Assembly: GCA_965261195.1 (NCBI GenBank)
Contig: CBDHDC010000002.1
Location: 35,266-99,265, forward strand
From: Dehalococcoidia bacterium
GTDB taxonomy: Bacteria; Chloroflexota; Dehalococcoidia; Lucifugimonadales; UBA3495
Direction: 5' to 3'
DNA length: 64,000 bases
How positions within the stretch are numbered: position 1 is the stretch's first letter; each line of letters opens with the position of its first letter. The notes under the pieces are model-generated. The model did not search any database, had not been told where the DNA came from, and saw only the letters and a list, made by a program, of their open reading frames with translations. Shown piece by piece: positions 18,404-26,846 of this stretch. The translations under genes and the position numbers were made by a program.

Positions 18404-18778
18404 GTGAAGCAAGGAGCTGAAACCATGTATCGGGAGCACATGAGCAAGGCAGGCATGGTGGTGGTGCAGATTCACGATCGTCTTTGGTCCTGGCAGGGAG
18501 ACCGGTTGTACAGACTGCTTGTTGCCGGCTTGCTGGGAACTCTGGTGTTGTCGGCGGTCTTGTTGTGGACCGGGTTCAGGTCCCCGGACGACCGTTGGGA
18601 GACAGTGGCTGGCAGTCGGGCGGCCGTGGCGATCGAAAGCTTCAAGCTGCGCCGGTTGACTTATCGGTTGCCGCCGGAGTGCGCGATTGTGGTGTTGTTT
18701 GACAGCCCGGGAGCGGTCGGTCGGTGCTTGTCGGAAATCAGCGGTGATGCTGAAAAGGAGGAGCCATCGGTCAGGTGA
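18404..18778 (+). CDS. hypothetical membrane protein
   Basis: One hydrophobic span, LYRLLVAGLLGTLVLSAVLLW. Confidence 0.45.
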   Translation: MKQGAETMYREHMSKAGMVVVQIHDRLWSWQGDRLYRLLVAGLLGTLVLSAVLLWTGFRSPDDRWETVAGSRAAVAIESFKLRRLTYRLPPECAIVVLFDSPGAVGRCLSEISGDAEKEEPSVR

Positions 18779-18800
18779 ATGAGGCAAGGGGAGGGTTGTC

Positions 18801-19292
18801 ATGAGCTCCGAAGCAGTCATGTGCGAATGGGTCGGGACAGTTCTTGGACTGGGAGCGGGGTCCTTGATCGTCGGCGGCGTGATGTATGGCGCCTGCCGAT
18901 TGATGGGCAAGAAGATGTGGGTGGTCGGTCCGAAGGGTTTGGGCGAGATTGTCGAGGTGAACGTGCTTGAGTGGCCGCTGGCGCCGGCCTGGCTTGTTGG
19001 TGTGGTGCTGGGGATGCTGTCCTATGCGGCGTTTTACGGGTTGGGGCTTCCTGTTCTGGCGCCGAGTGTGTGGATCGGTGGCTTGTTGGGAATTGGCGGC
19101 TATGGGGCGGCGAAGATGCTGTCGGAAAACTGGGTGCATTACGAGACGTCGCCGTCCGACGAGGTGCTGGTAGCGGTTGGCATGCAGCGAGACAGTTTTG
19201 ACGAGCTGGTGAGCCAGTGGCGTGAGCAGGCTGGGAAAGCGCCCAGGCGTGGTTGCTTGTGTCGCGCGCCGGGTGCGCGGTGGGCAGCGTAG
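18801..19292 (+). CDS. hypothetical multi-pass membrane protein
   Basis: Several Gly-rich hydrophobic spans (VGTVLGLGAGSLIVGGVMYGA; LVGVVLGMLSYAAFYGLGLPVLAPSVWIGGLLGIGGYGA). Confidence 0.55.
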   Translation: MSSEAVMCEWVGTVLGLGAGSLIVGGVMYGACRLMGKKMWVVGPKGLGEIVEVNVLEWPLAPAWLVGVVLGMLSYAAFYGLGLPVLAPSVWIGGLLGIGGYGAAKMLSENWVHYETSPSDEVLVAVGMQRDSFDELVSQWREQAGKAPRRGCLCRAPGARWAA

Positions 19293-19314
19293 GCCAGGGG
19301 GAGGGCTTCAGAGC

Positions 19315-19800
19315 ATGGAGATCGAGTCGGTCGGGCCGTCGGCATGGGTCATGGCGGGTCTGGTTGTTGGCATGGCGATAGCCGGGCTTCTGGTCGTGGT
19401 TCTGAGCTGGCGGTTCTTGAAGTCGGCGGCGATGTTGGTCATTGCTCTGGGGATGCTTGGCGGGCTGGGGGTGGTCATGTACGCCGTCGTTCTGGAAGAG
19501 CCGGTCGATATCGAGGGCTGGCGAGGGAAGCTGGAATCCGGCATCGAGCGCCTGAAGGAGGTGGTTCTGGAAATCCGGGAGTCGGACGGCGAGGCTGGCG
19601 AGCGGGAGTTTTCTGGCCCCAGGATGCCGTCAGGAAATTTTGTTGCCAAGCGAGTGTCAAGACTGGGGGGGAGTCCTGAAAAAAGGGTAAAGGAGAGCTG
19701 GAATGGAAGACAGGGACCTGGACAAGTTGTCCGAGAACGTCATGGCGCTTTTGCGCGAGATGTCGCAGCGGCAAACGATGATGTTTCACTTGCTGCGTGA
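19315..19800 (+). CDS. hypothetical membrane protein (3' end uncertain)
   Basis: Internal start MEIESVGPSAWVMAGLVVGMAIAGLLVVVLSW is followed by a second transmembrane span. The ORF overlaps the next gene by 98 nt, so the true end is doubtful. Confidence 0.4.
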   Translation: MEIESVGPSAWVMAGLVVGMAIAGLLVVVLSWRFLKSAAMLVIALGMLGGLGVVMYAVVLEEPVDIEGWRGKLESGIERLKEVVLEIRESDGEAGEREFSGPRMPSGNFVAKRVSRLGGSPEKRVKESWNGRQGPGQVVRERHGAFARDVAAANDDVSLAA

Positions 19801-20152
19801 GATATACGAGGAATCGAGGTTGCCGATCAAGCTGGTGCGGGAGGTGGAGGAAGACGTGTATCTGTCGCGGCGCAATCCTCGGGACCGGGGGGTTTCGGGC
19901 AGAGACGAGGACGACAGGGAAGGGGATGATCCGATGGCACAGCTCGAAGGCATGGGCAACCCGGACGCCATCCCGGTGGTTCCCGAGGGCATGCAGGTGA
20001 CCTGTATTCGTTGCAGTTACCAGTGGCGGCCAAGAATTCCGCAGCCGTCGCTGTGCGCCAAGTGCAACGCCCCATGGTGGTACGCGCCGCGTTGGCGCTG
20101 GCATATGAAGGACAAGAAAAAAGGGAAGAAGCGCGTTACCGGGATTGAATAA
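19703..20152 (+). CDS. hypothetical protein with a C-terminal zinc-ribbon-like CxxC...CxxC
   Basis: Good RBS (AAAGGAGAG) upstream of the ATG. The motif is CIRCSYQWRPRIPQPSLCAKCNAPWW. Confidence 0.6.
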   Translation: MEDRDLDKLSENVMALLREMSQRQTMMFHLLREIYEESRLPIKLVREVEEDVYLSRRNPRDRGVSGRDEDDREGDDPMAQLEGMGNPDAIPVVPEGMQVTCIRCSYQWRPRIPQPSLCAKCNAPWWYAPRWRWHMKDKKKGKKRVTGIE

Positions 20153-20273
20153 CGGGAAAGCGTGATATACTCCGGATTGCTTTGCCAAGGTAATTTCGAG
20201 TCGGGCGATAAACGAGAAAGGCCGGACGGCTTCATGCGCCGTCCGGCCCGCGTGCTCGACTTCTTACCAGCTC

Positions 20274-22007
20274 TTGCAACTGGAGTCGATGCGAATGGTA
20301 GCACAGCCCCAACTGTTGTTCAACGATAACTCCTCTGCTTCAACACTCCCCACGATTGATTCCAGAATATCTCCTCAGTTCCTTTCTCAGCCTATCTTGT
20401 TTCAGGAGCCTGCCAGTCCGGTTGTCTTGCGTCTGGCGGCGTCAAATCTTTTTGAGAGTCCCAGGCCTGAACCGGACCCTGTTGTAGGGCGGTTGGAGGC
20501 TGATGTCGTCAAGTTGCCGGTGGGTACCCATTTTTGTCTGGTCTTTGAGTGCGGACCGGGCCCGGGTGGCTACCGTGCATTGGGGTCTGGTGTGATGGTC
20601 AAGGCTGCGACCTGGTTTCTGAGGACGGGTACGGAAGGGAAAACGCAGGTGGTATATGTCTTGCGGGACCGACGATTGTCGCAGGGGACTCAGAACGGCA
20701 TGGCGCTGAAGCGATTGCTGGCGTGGTACGGGGCTTGCCTGGAAGCTGAAGACAGCTATCTGGGCTGGGTGCGGCCGTTGGCGTTCAGGAACTTGTTGCC
20801 AATGCAGGTACAGTCAGGCCGTCAGGATGGTTACCGGTTTCTGGAGCTTTGTTCGGGGGTGCGAAAGGATCTTTCGGATTTGGAGCACCAGCGGTTCGCG
20901 GTGCTGGCCCGGTTTTTGTACGACCGCGGGGCGCACTTTGTACTGACGAACGGGGAGAAGCTTCCGGTCGGTGAAAGTGAGGGTGTGAAGGGGAAGGGCT
21001 GGCTCGAGCGGCGTCCGGCGCTGAGTGAGGTCCTGCGGCACCGGGAAGAAGGTGGTCTGTTGGGACTGGTTCCGTGGTCGGTGGGACTGTCGGTACTCGA
21101 TGTGGACGAAGGTTCGCCGGGTGAGTTGATGTCGGTCTTTCCGCCAGCTCTGATGCTGAAGTCGAGAACGTTGAGGCGTTACCACGTCTATTACCGGGAT
21201 GTGCGGCGACGGGGCAACGGCAACTGGGCGGGTTACAAGGCCGCTGGTCAGGTGCGGAGCGGTTCTGGCTTCGTGGTCTTGTGGCAGGGTCTGGGGGCAC
21301 TGGCCGGGATGTTGGCTGCTGGTGCGGGCGGCGTTCTGTTTCCGGAGTCCTCGGTGGTTTTGACGGTAGACAGGAGCAAGCGTTTCGGGCTGGCGTGGGA
21401 GCCTGCTATTACAGGGGGGTTGGCGCCTTGGGAAATGAGTCGGAGCACGGCCAACGGGGTGCTGTTCGAACAGTTGAGGCTGTGGGCTTACAGAGAGCGT
21501 CACAAGCCGCCGTTCCTGGACCTGTGGCTTGAGCGGGTGGCGGCGAAGGCACGGGAGCTGGCGGTAGACGCCGGGTTTCTGGGGTTGCTCAGTCCGCAAG
21601 ACGTGATGGGTATTGCCAGTAGCGTGGGGTCATGGGTGTGGGCCGAACACAGGGGGCAATCGGGAGAGGGCCGACGTCAGACCAACTCGGTGCAGCAGCG
21701 GAAGCGGGCGCTGGTCAGGTGGTATGGGTGTGAGGAGGCATCTGTGGTGGAGAACTTTGATATCCGTGATTACGAGATCGGCCGGCAAGCCGTCAAAGAC
21801 GGTCTGACGACGGCGCAGTTGGTCAAGGAGTACGGGTTACGGGAAAGGCAGATACGGCGGTTGGTCAAGCGATTTCGGGCCAGTCTGGAACCTGGGGGGC
21901 CGCAGTTGGTGGCTCCCTGGTGGACGAGGCCGGATCCGTTGGGGCCGGCAGGTGAGCTCTCGGTTTTTGACGAATTGCCCAAGCACAAGATGTTCAATGA
22001 GTTATGA
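20274..22007 (+). CDS. Prim-Pol / plasmid replicase-type protein with a PriCT-like C-terminal region (ATG alternative at 20289)
   Basis: Prim-Pol-like motifs are LSVLDVDEG (DxD), RRYHVYY and GQVRSGSGFVVLW. The PriCT-like region reads NGVLFEQLRLWAYRER...LERVAAKARELA...IASSVGSWVW. An AT-rich repeat region follows directly. Confidence 0.7.
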   Translation: MQLESMRMVAQPQLLFNDNSSASTLPTIDSRISPQFLSQPILFQEPASPVVLRLAASNLFESPRPEPDPVVGRLEADVVKLPVGTHFCLVFECGPGPGGYRALGSGVMVKAATWFLRTGTEGKTQVVYVLRDRRLSQGTQNGMALKRLLAWYGACLEAEDSYLGWVRPLAFRNLLPMQVQSGRQDGYRFLELCSGVRKDLSDLEHQRFAVLARFLYDRGAHFVLTNGEKLPVGESEGVKGKGWLERRPALSEVLRHREEGGLLGLVPWSVGLSVLDVDEGSPGELMSVFPPALMLKSRTLRRYHVYYRDVRRRGNGNWAGYKAAGQVRSGSGFVVLWQGLGALAGMLAAGAGGVLFPESSVVLTVDRSKRFGLAWEPAITGGLAPWEMSRSTANGVLFEQLRLWAYRERHKPPFLDLWLERVAAKARELAVDAGFLGLLSPQDVMGIASSVGSWVWAEHRGQSGEGRRQTNSVQQRKRALVRWYGCEEASVVENFDIRDYEIGRQAVKDGLTTAQLVKEYGLRERQIRRLVKRFRASLEPGGPQLVAPWWTRPDPLGPAGELSVFDELPKHKMFNEL

Positions 22008-22230
22008 GGATTGAAGGGTTTATGGCGTCTTGCTCGAACATTTCATAAAGTTCTGTAACGAGCTGTTTTTATGTATGTTTCGCAAATTTTGAAAGGTGAT
22101 TATCAAAATCGGTCATGCCGGTTTATCTTGGGTCTTCAATCTTCCTGACCGTATCTGTAAGGTATGGGGATTAAAACTGTACAGTTCTGGATAGTACTTA
22201 GCCCTTTTTAATTCTCCGCGGTTGAGAATA
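22008..22230. other. AT-rich ori-like region downstream of the replicase gene
   Basis: A marked local drop in GC (TTTCATAAAGTTCTGTAACGAGCTGTTTTTATGTATGTTTCGCAAATTTTGAAAGGTGATTATCAAAATC). The position matches origins of ColE2/Prim-Pol-type replicons. Confidence 0.4.
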
Positions 22231-22312
22231 CTTCAGGTGCAAGTCATCAGACCCGCCCCCGAGATTTCGGGCTCGCCCGAGTTCCCCCCCGCCTGCAAAG
22301 AGTCTTGTGTGT

Positions 22313-22534
22313 GCGTGCGCCTGCTTTGTCCTGCTTTGCTTTGCCCTGCCTTGCCTTTTTTTTGTTCCCGGCCGGGAGTTTCGTTGCCTGTGACGATTTG
22401 GAGCTTCGGCCGGTCCTGAGTCTCATGTTTGCGTGCGCCTGCTTTGTCCTGCTCTGCTTTGCCCTGCCTTGCCTTTTTTTTGTTCCCGGCCGGGAGTTTC
22501 GTTGCCTGTGGCGATTTGGAGCTTCGGCCGGTCC
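22313..22534. repeat. two 104-bp direct repeats (22313-22416 and 22431-22534)
   Basis: Near-identical units of GCGTGCGCCTGCTTTGTCCTGCT...TTGTTCCCGGCCGGGAGTTTCGTTGCCTGTG.CGATTTGGAGCTTCGGCCGGTCC, with a 118-bp period. Confidence 0.85.
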
Positions 22535-22670
22535 CGCCCTGTTTTTCAGCCTTTCAGGGGATTGATCCCCGCTTTTCAAAGGTTTTTACCTTCCTGCCGC
22601 ACCCCGAAGTCTGGAGCGTAGCGACGGACGTAGGGGTGCGGCACCAGTGAGCGAAGCGAACGGCTCGGGT

Positions 22671-22808
22671 GGGTCTATCCCCCTGCGTGCGGGGGAATGG
22701 GGTGCTGCGTGTCAACCGATCGACGGGTCTATCCCCGCGTGTCGCTGGTGTCTGGAGGGTCACGGGGGGCCTGGAAGGGGGTCTATCCCCGCGGGCTTGG
22801 GGTCAGTC
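22671..22808 (-). repeat. three type I-E-like CRISPR repeat fragments at a 54-bp period (degenerate; not a functional array)
   Basis: GGGTCTATCCCC occurs at 22671, 22725 and 22779. On the minus strand, unit 1 reads CCATTCCCCCGCACGCAGGGGGATAGACCC, compared with the E. coli I-E repeat GTGTTCCCCGCGCCAGCGGGGATAAACCG. Units 2 and 3 keep only the GCGGGGATAGACCC half. Confidence 0.4.
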
Positions 22809-22844
22809 GGTGGGACGGGGGGTGTCTTCCGGTTCTGGGGATGG

Positions 22845-23334
22845 AGAGTGTTGGGTTTCAGGAATAATGCCCGCTATTTGCCCTCAGATTGTCTGTAGCG
22901 GCTTTTTTGGGGCAAGGATGATGAATGATCCACGTCGGGGGGATAAATCCGTTCAAGGGCCGTTCAGGGGGTAAAAACGGCGCAGCCTGAGCCCTAGTTG
23001 TTCTCGAATTCGGGTGGCGGCGGATCACTGCAGCCGGGTGGCAACTGTACGTCGTGTGGTTGCCGGAACAGGATCATGCCGTAGCCGTAGAGTGTTGGGT
23101 TTCAGGAATAATGCCCGCTATTTGCCCTCAGATTGTCCGTAGCGGCTTTTTTGGGGCAAGGATGATGAATGATCCACGTCGGGGGGATAAATCCGTTCAA
23201 GGGCCGTTCAGGGGGCAAAAACAGCGCAGCCTGAGCCCTAGTTGTTCTCGAATTCGGGTGGCGGCGGATCGCTGCAGCCGGGTGGCAACTGTACGTCGTG
23301 TGGTTGCCGGAACAGGATCATGCCGTAGCCGTAG
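22845..23334. repeat. 244-bp tandem duplication (two units)
   Basis: 22845-23088 and 23089-23332 differ at only about 4 positions. Each unit holds a terminator-like hairpin plus T6 (GCCCGCTATTTGCCCTCAGATTGTC.GTAGCGGCTTTTTT), a CGGGGGGATAAATCC motif, and the last ~97 nt of the 23238-23633 ORF. Confidence 0.9.
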
Positions 23335-23633
23335 GCGCGGTGGCGTCCGATGCCGTTGGTGATGAGCTGCTCGAAGCGCTCGGGGTCTTCGACGATGAAG
23401 TTGCCGCGGCAGGTGACGTCGGGGCCGAGAATGGGCGGCGTGCCGAACTTGCGAACGACGGGCACCCGGCGGTAGCTGATGATGCTGAACGTGTAAGGCT
23501 CTAGAGAGGCGCCTTTTTGCTGGTGAAAGTGTCTGTGAAGCCAGCCGCCGTAGGCTTGGTGGCGGTTGTGGTTGGTTTCGGGGATGGTTTCGGGAGGGGA
23601 TTTTGGTTTGGAACGGGTTGGTGTGTGAAACAT
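23238..23633 (-). CDS. small protein with a Cas6e (CasE)-like C-terminal domain; possible cas6e relic
   Basis: CRGNFIVEDPERFEQLITNGIGRHRAYGYGMILF aligns with the CasE C-termini FEGVLTINDAPALIDLVQQGIGPAKSMGCGLLSL (E. coli) and FEGRLEVVDPERALATLRRGVGPGKALGLGLLSV (T. thermophilus). The N-terminal ~45 aa are low complexity, and the protein is only 131 aa versus ~200 for CasE. Confidence 0.45.
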   Translation of the reverse strand: MFHTPTRSKPKSPPETIPETNHNRHQAYGGWLHRHFHQQKGASLEPYTFSIISYRRVPVVRKFGTPPILGPDVTCRGNFIVEDPERFEQLITNGIGRHRAYGYGMILFRQPHDVQLPPGCSDPPPPEFENN

Positions 23634-23788
23634 GCCTTATGTTGGCCACGAGCGGAGCGGTGTTCTTGGCGATGCGTAAGCGAAGTGAGTGGCCAAAAGC
23701 GAACAGGAATGGGACTCTGTCCCTTCTGTTCCTCCTGTTCGCCTCTGTTCGGGTGATTTTCGATCAGTGATAACAAGGGTTTCCGGCC

Positions 23789-23876
23789 GTCATGTTGTAG
23801 GGGTAGATCGGTCATGTTGTAGGGGTAGATCGGTCATGTTGTAGAGGTAGATCGGTCATGTTGTAGGGGTAGACCG
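23789..23876. repeat. four tandem 22-bp iterons (oriV-like)
   Basis: GTCATGTTGTAGGGGTAGATCG occurs four times head to tail, with one substitution each in units 3 and 4. The array starts 52 bp beyond the 3' end of the putative rep gene. Confidence 0.85.
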
Positions 23877-23927
23877 CTGGGCCTAGATAGTTTTCTACAG
23901 AGATTTCCACAGGGCAGCTTCAGCAGA

Positions 23928-25844
23928 TCATGCGGCAGGCTGACCATCAGCCTTGTGCCTTATCTCGAGGATGCGCCAATAATCTTTGTCACACTCGATC
24001 ATGATACGTTTGGCCGATTCCAGGCGCCGAATCAACTTATCGGCGTTTTTGCGTTCATGCGAACGGTTGGCCTTGTCGGGCTGTTCCTTGAGGCCGTATG
24101 CCAGTCGGCGGCGTGCTTCGGGATGCAGAGCTGGCACCCTGTCGGCGTGGGGGTGGCGTTCTTCCCCTGCCAGTACCGCTTGCGGGTGGCGCCAATCCCG
24201 TTGCGGCGCATTGCCGGGCTTCCATAACAGCTTGCCTGCCTTGACGAACGGATTATTAGGATGGCCGAGGATGATGTTATCTTTCACATCGACCAAGTAC
24301 CCTTGCGCGTTCCGGAGGGCTTTCGGACGGGTGGCGTAGACGCGGAAGCCGCCGTTACGCGCCTTGGTGTCGTCCCACAGGTACGCCAGTGACAGCGATA
24401 AGTCGAAAGCCGGGTCGCTAAACCTGCCATCGGCTACCAGGCCGGGAAAGTACAAGGATGGGCCGCGATCAGATAAATCGGGGACCTCGAGCTGTATTAC
24501 CGCGCGACTGTCCAGGTCGCTGGGATTTGGCATACCACGAGCAACAACGGGGCGCCACGTTCGCCCGTCGGGAAGGCGAATTTTTGCCAGGGTGACGGCA
24601 TCGAAAGCAGCCTCAAGAGCCTTTGCATGCTTGTTGGGTCTCCAAGCGTCTTCGGCCCATAACAAATTGACCAATTGGCGCAGTGTCGGGCGCCACTCGT
24701 AACGGCCGCCGGGTCGTCGCTGCTCAAGAGGCATGGAGAGCAACGAGTAGATCAGTATCCGCTTGTCGAGGCGTGCGCCGCGACCGAGTTTCAGGGCACC
24801 GAAGCCGACCGCGCTAGCCAGGATCAGGGGCGTTACCGGGGGTAGGTCACTTTTCGTGTCTGCCGTCGGGAACAAGGCCAGTTGCAGCGATTCCGGTTCC
24901 TCGACATAGCCTGTCGTCGGCAAAAGCGCCGGGTCATACAGCGGCTCATCGACGTAAATGGCGGAAGGCGCCGCGTTGAGAAGGCCTTTGGGTACGATGC
25001 GGTCCTGTCTTGTCTCGGGTCTCAGGGCTTCGGGGCGCTGCTGCCACATCATTACCAATGGCACCAGTGGATGCATCGGCCGATCTTCACCGCTGCGTAG
25101 CCAAGCAGAATGCACGCTTTCGAGGTCAGCAATGCCCATGTTGTCGAAAGCGACATCACTTTCCAACATCTTGTCCACAGAGGCAATTAACCGACGGGGT
25201 AGTGAATCGGGTTGCCCGCTACCACTGACGAGCCATGTGGTGTGGCGTTTCCATATCGCCATGAGAAGCGTATCTGCTGCCGCGCGCGCGTCACTCGGAC
25301 ACTCGTTGTTGACCCAAGTCGCTAGCGTCTCCATGTTGGGTATCATGTCTGCTGGACTATTTGGCTGGATAAACCGCGCAACTGCTTCCAAAATTGCTGG
25401 CGTAGTACTGGCGTTTTCAAGAGAGCTGGATGGATGGACCATGTCTTTGGGCAGGGTCGCGGCCGGGGCCCGTCGGGTCTGTTTGTGTTTATTCGGCGAT
25501 TCGCCTGTCGGCGGCGCGGGAGGCCCTGCCTCTACCGGGGCCAGGTCCGTTTTTTTCAGTCCTTCGGGTAACCCATGCATCCAGTCGTCTTGAGTCTGCC
25601 GGTCACGGTGCTCATAGTAGTCAGGCGTACCGCTCGGATAAATAATGCGGCGTATCTCCCAATGCTTGTAACCTGCCTTGTTCGTCTTGCAAGCCGTGAT
25701 GGTGGGTTTCTTGTCCGTCGATCGATCTATTTCGGCGGGATCAACCCCTAAGTCTGCAGCCACGGTTTCCCGTGCACCCCGTCGAAGCATTTCGCTCAGA
25801 TCGATTGGCTCCATCATTCCACCTCTCTCGGGCTGTTGATCCAT
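23928..25844 (-). CDS. putative plasmid replication initiator (638 aa), assigned by context
   Basis: Large ORF between the parAG-like genes and the iteron array. I can name no motif confidently, so the function is inferred from position only. Confidence 0.45.
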   Translation of the reverse strand: MDQQPERGGMMEPIDLSEMLRRGARETVAADLGVDPAEIDRSTDKKPTITACKTNKAGYKHWEIRRIIYPSGTPDYYEHRDRQTQDDWMHGLPEGLKKTDLAPVEAGPPAPPTGESPNKHKQTRRAPAATLPKDMVHPSSSLENASTTPAILEAVARFIQPNSPADMIPNMETLATWVNNECPSDARAAADTLLMAIWKRHTTWLVSGSGQPDSLPRRLIASVDKMLESDVAFDNMGIADLESVHSAWLRSGEDRPMHPLVPLVMMWQQRPEALRPETRQDRIVPKGLLNAAPSAIYVDEPLYDPALLPTTGYVEEPESLQLALFPTADTKSDLPPVTPLILASAVGFGALKLGRGARLDKRILIYSLLSMPLEQRRPGGRYEWRPTLRQLVNLLWAEDAWRPNKHAKALEAAFDAVTLAKIRLPDGRTWRPVVARGMPNPSDLDSRAVIQLEVPDLSDRGPSLYFPGLVADGRFSDPAFDLSLSLAYLWDDTKARNGGFRVYATRPKALRNAQGYLVDVKDNIILGHPNNPFVKAGKLLWKPGNAPQRDWRHPQAVLAGEERHPHADRVPALHPEARRRLAYGLKEQPDKANRSHERKNADKLIRRLESAKRIMIECDKDYWRILEIRHKADGQPAA

Positions 25845-25917
25845 GCCCGTTCACGTTGAACTTCAAGCAAGGGATGCATCAGATAACCGGTTCGTCTAAT
25901 GATAACGGGATAACAGG

Positions 25918-26175
25918 CTATCCTGCTATCCGCTCTTGATACTCGCTCCACATGGCGATGAACAGGTCGGATTTCGAGCCTTTCTTGAATCCGAACCGCT
26001 CGCCTGCCTCTTTTGCGAAGTCGTCGAGGATGTGTTCAGGTACCGAGAACTCGATTTTTGCCTTCTTGGTCGGTTTTTCGCGCGGTGGTGTTTTCAGGTT
26101 CGAATTTGTAACGTCCGGCGTGGGCGGCGTGCCTTTACCGGTGCGTCTGGGTTTCAATTTTGCCACGTCAACCAT
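25918..26175 (-). CDS. ParG/RHH-like partition adaptor (85 aa)
   Basis: Small basic protein directly downstream of parA, overlapping it by 1 nt. The C-terminal IEFSVPEHILDDFAKEAGERFGFKKGSKSDLFIAMWSEY is RHH-like. Confidence 0.55.
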   Translation of the reverse strand: MVDVAKLKPRRTGKGTPPTPDVTNSNLKTPPREKPTKKAKIEFSVPEHILDDFAKEAGERFGFKKGSKSDLFIAMWSEYQERIAG

Positions 26176-26828
26176 TACGCCACCTCTCTTTCAGCGGCAG
26201 TCGCGACGGCATCAATAATGCTTTGCGCCATGGCGTCGGCTCGCTTGCGCAGTGTGGGAAATGAGGTTTCGGTGATGGCCTTTCCTTGATCCATGGCCGT
26301 CTTGAAGGCCGCACGGAATGGAATCTCGCCGTCCAGCACCGTGTATGGGGTTTGCCCAAGGTACTCCCGCGCACCGGCGATCTCTCGTGCTGAGTCCGAG
26401 GTGATGCAAAGGGCAAAGGCTACTTTGTTGGCCGGTATCCCCGCTTTCAGCAGATTGTTGGCGAGAAGCACGGAGGGCTGGAGATCGTCTAAGCCTTCGC
26501 TTGTGGGGATGATGACCATATCAGCAGCCCCACAGGCCGCTTGTGTTTCCACGGACGAATGCGGGGCGCCGTCGAAGATATAGAGGTCAAAGTTCTGGGC
26601 GTCCTGTAGGGCCGTGTCGACCGAGCGGAAGGCCTCGGCGCGTATCGGCGGCTCCAAGCCGTTTGCCGCCCTTCTCGCGGCCCAACTGACGCTCGTCGTC
26701 TGTTGTGTGTCTAGATCGGCGATTTTGGTCTGCAGTCCGCCTTTCGTGGCCTCAACGGCTACTATCCGTGCAAGCGTCGATTTCCCCACCCCGCCTTTCT
26801 GCGCGACCATGGCGATTTTGTAGGTCAT
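26175..26828 (-). CDS. parA: ParA/Soj-type partition ATPase
   Basis: MTYKIAMVAQKGGVGKSTLA carries the deviant Walker A. The likely start is the ATG at 26828; the ORF track starts at 26849. Confidence 0.9.
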   Translation of the reverse strand: MTYKIAMVAQKGGVGKSTLARIVAVEATKGGLQTKIADLDTQQTTSVSWAARRAANGLEPPIRAEAFRSVDTALQDAQNFDLYIFDGAPHSSVETQAACGAADMVIIPTSEGLDDLQPSVLLANNLLKAGIPANKVAFALCITSDSAREIAGAREYLGQTPYTVLDGEIPFRAAFKTAMDQGKAITETSFPTLRKRADAMAQSIIDAVATAAEREVA

Positions 26829-26846
26829 GGCATGTCTCCCTGCTGT

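Noticed and set aside
22671-22808. A functional CRISPR array
   Set aside because: There are only three units. Only ~13 nt is conserved in two of them, the period is 54 bp (implying ~25-nt spacers), and no cas1/cas2 or leader is present. I report it as repeat fragments or a relic instead.
22313-23334. Diversity-generating retroelement (TR/VR pair)
   Set aside because: There is no reverse transcriptase in the window. The few mismatches between repeat copies are not adenine-specific (T/C, G/A and A/G changes).
23615-23645. Sixth dif-like site (GGTGTGTGAAA-CATGCC-TTATGTTGGCC)
   Set aside because: Only about 7 of 11 matches per arm. It lies inside the start of an ORF and lacks the flanking similarity shared by the five sites at 46-63 kb. 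It is compatible with chance.
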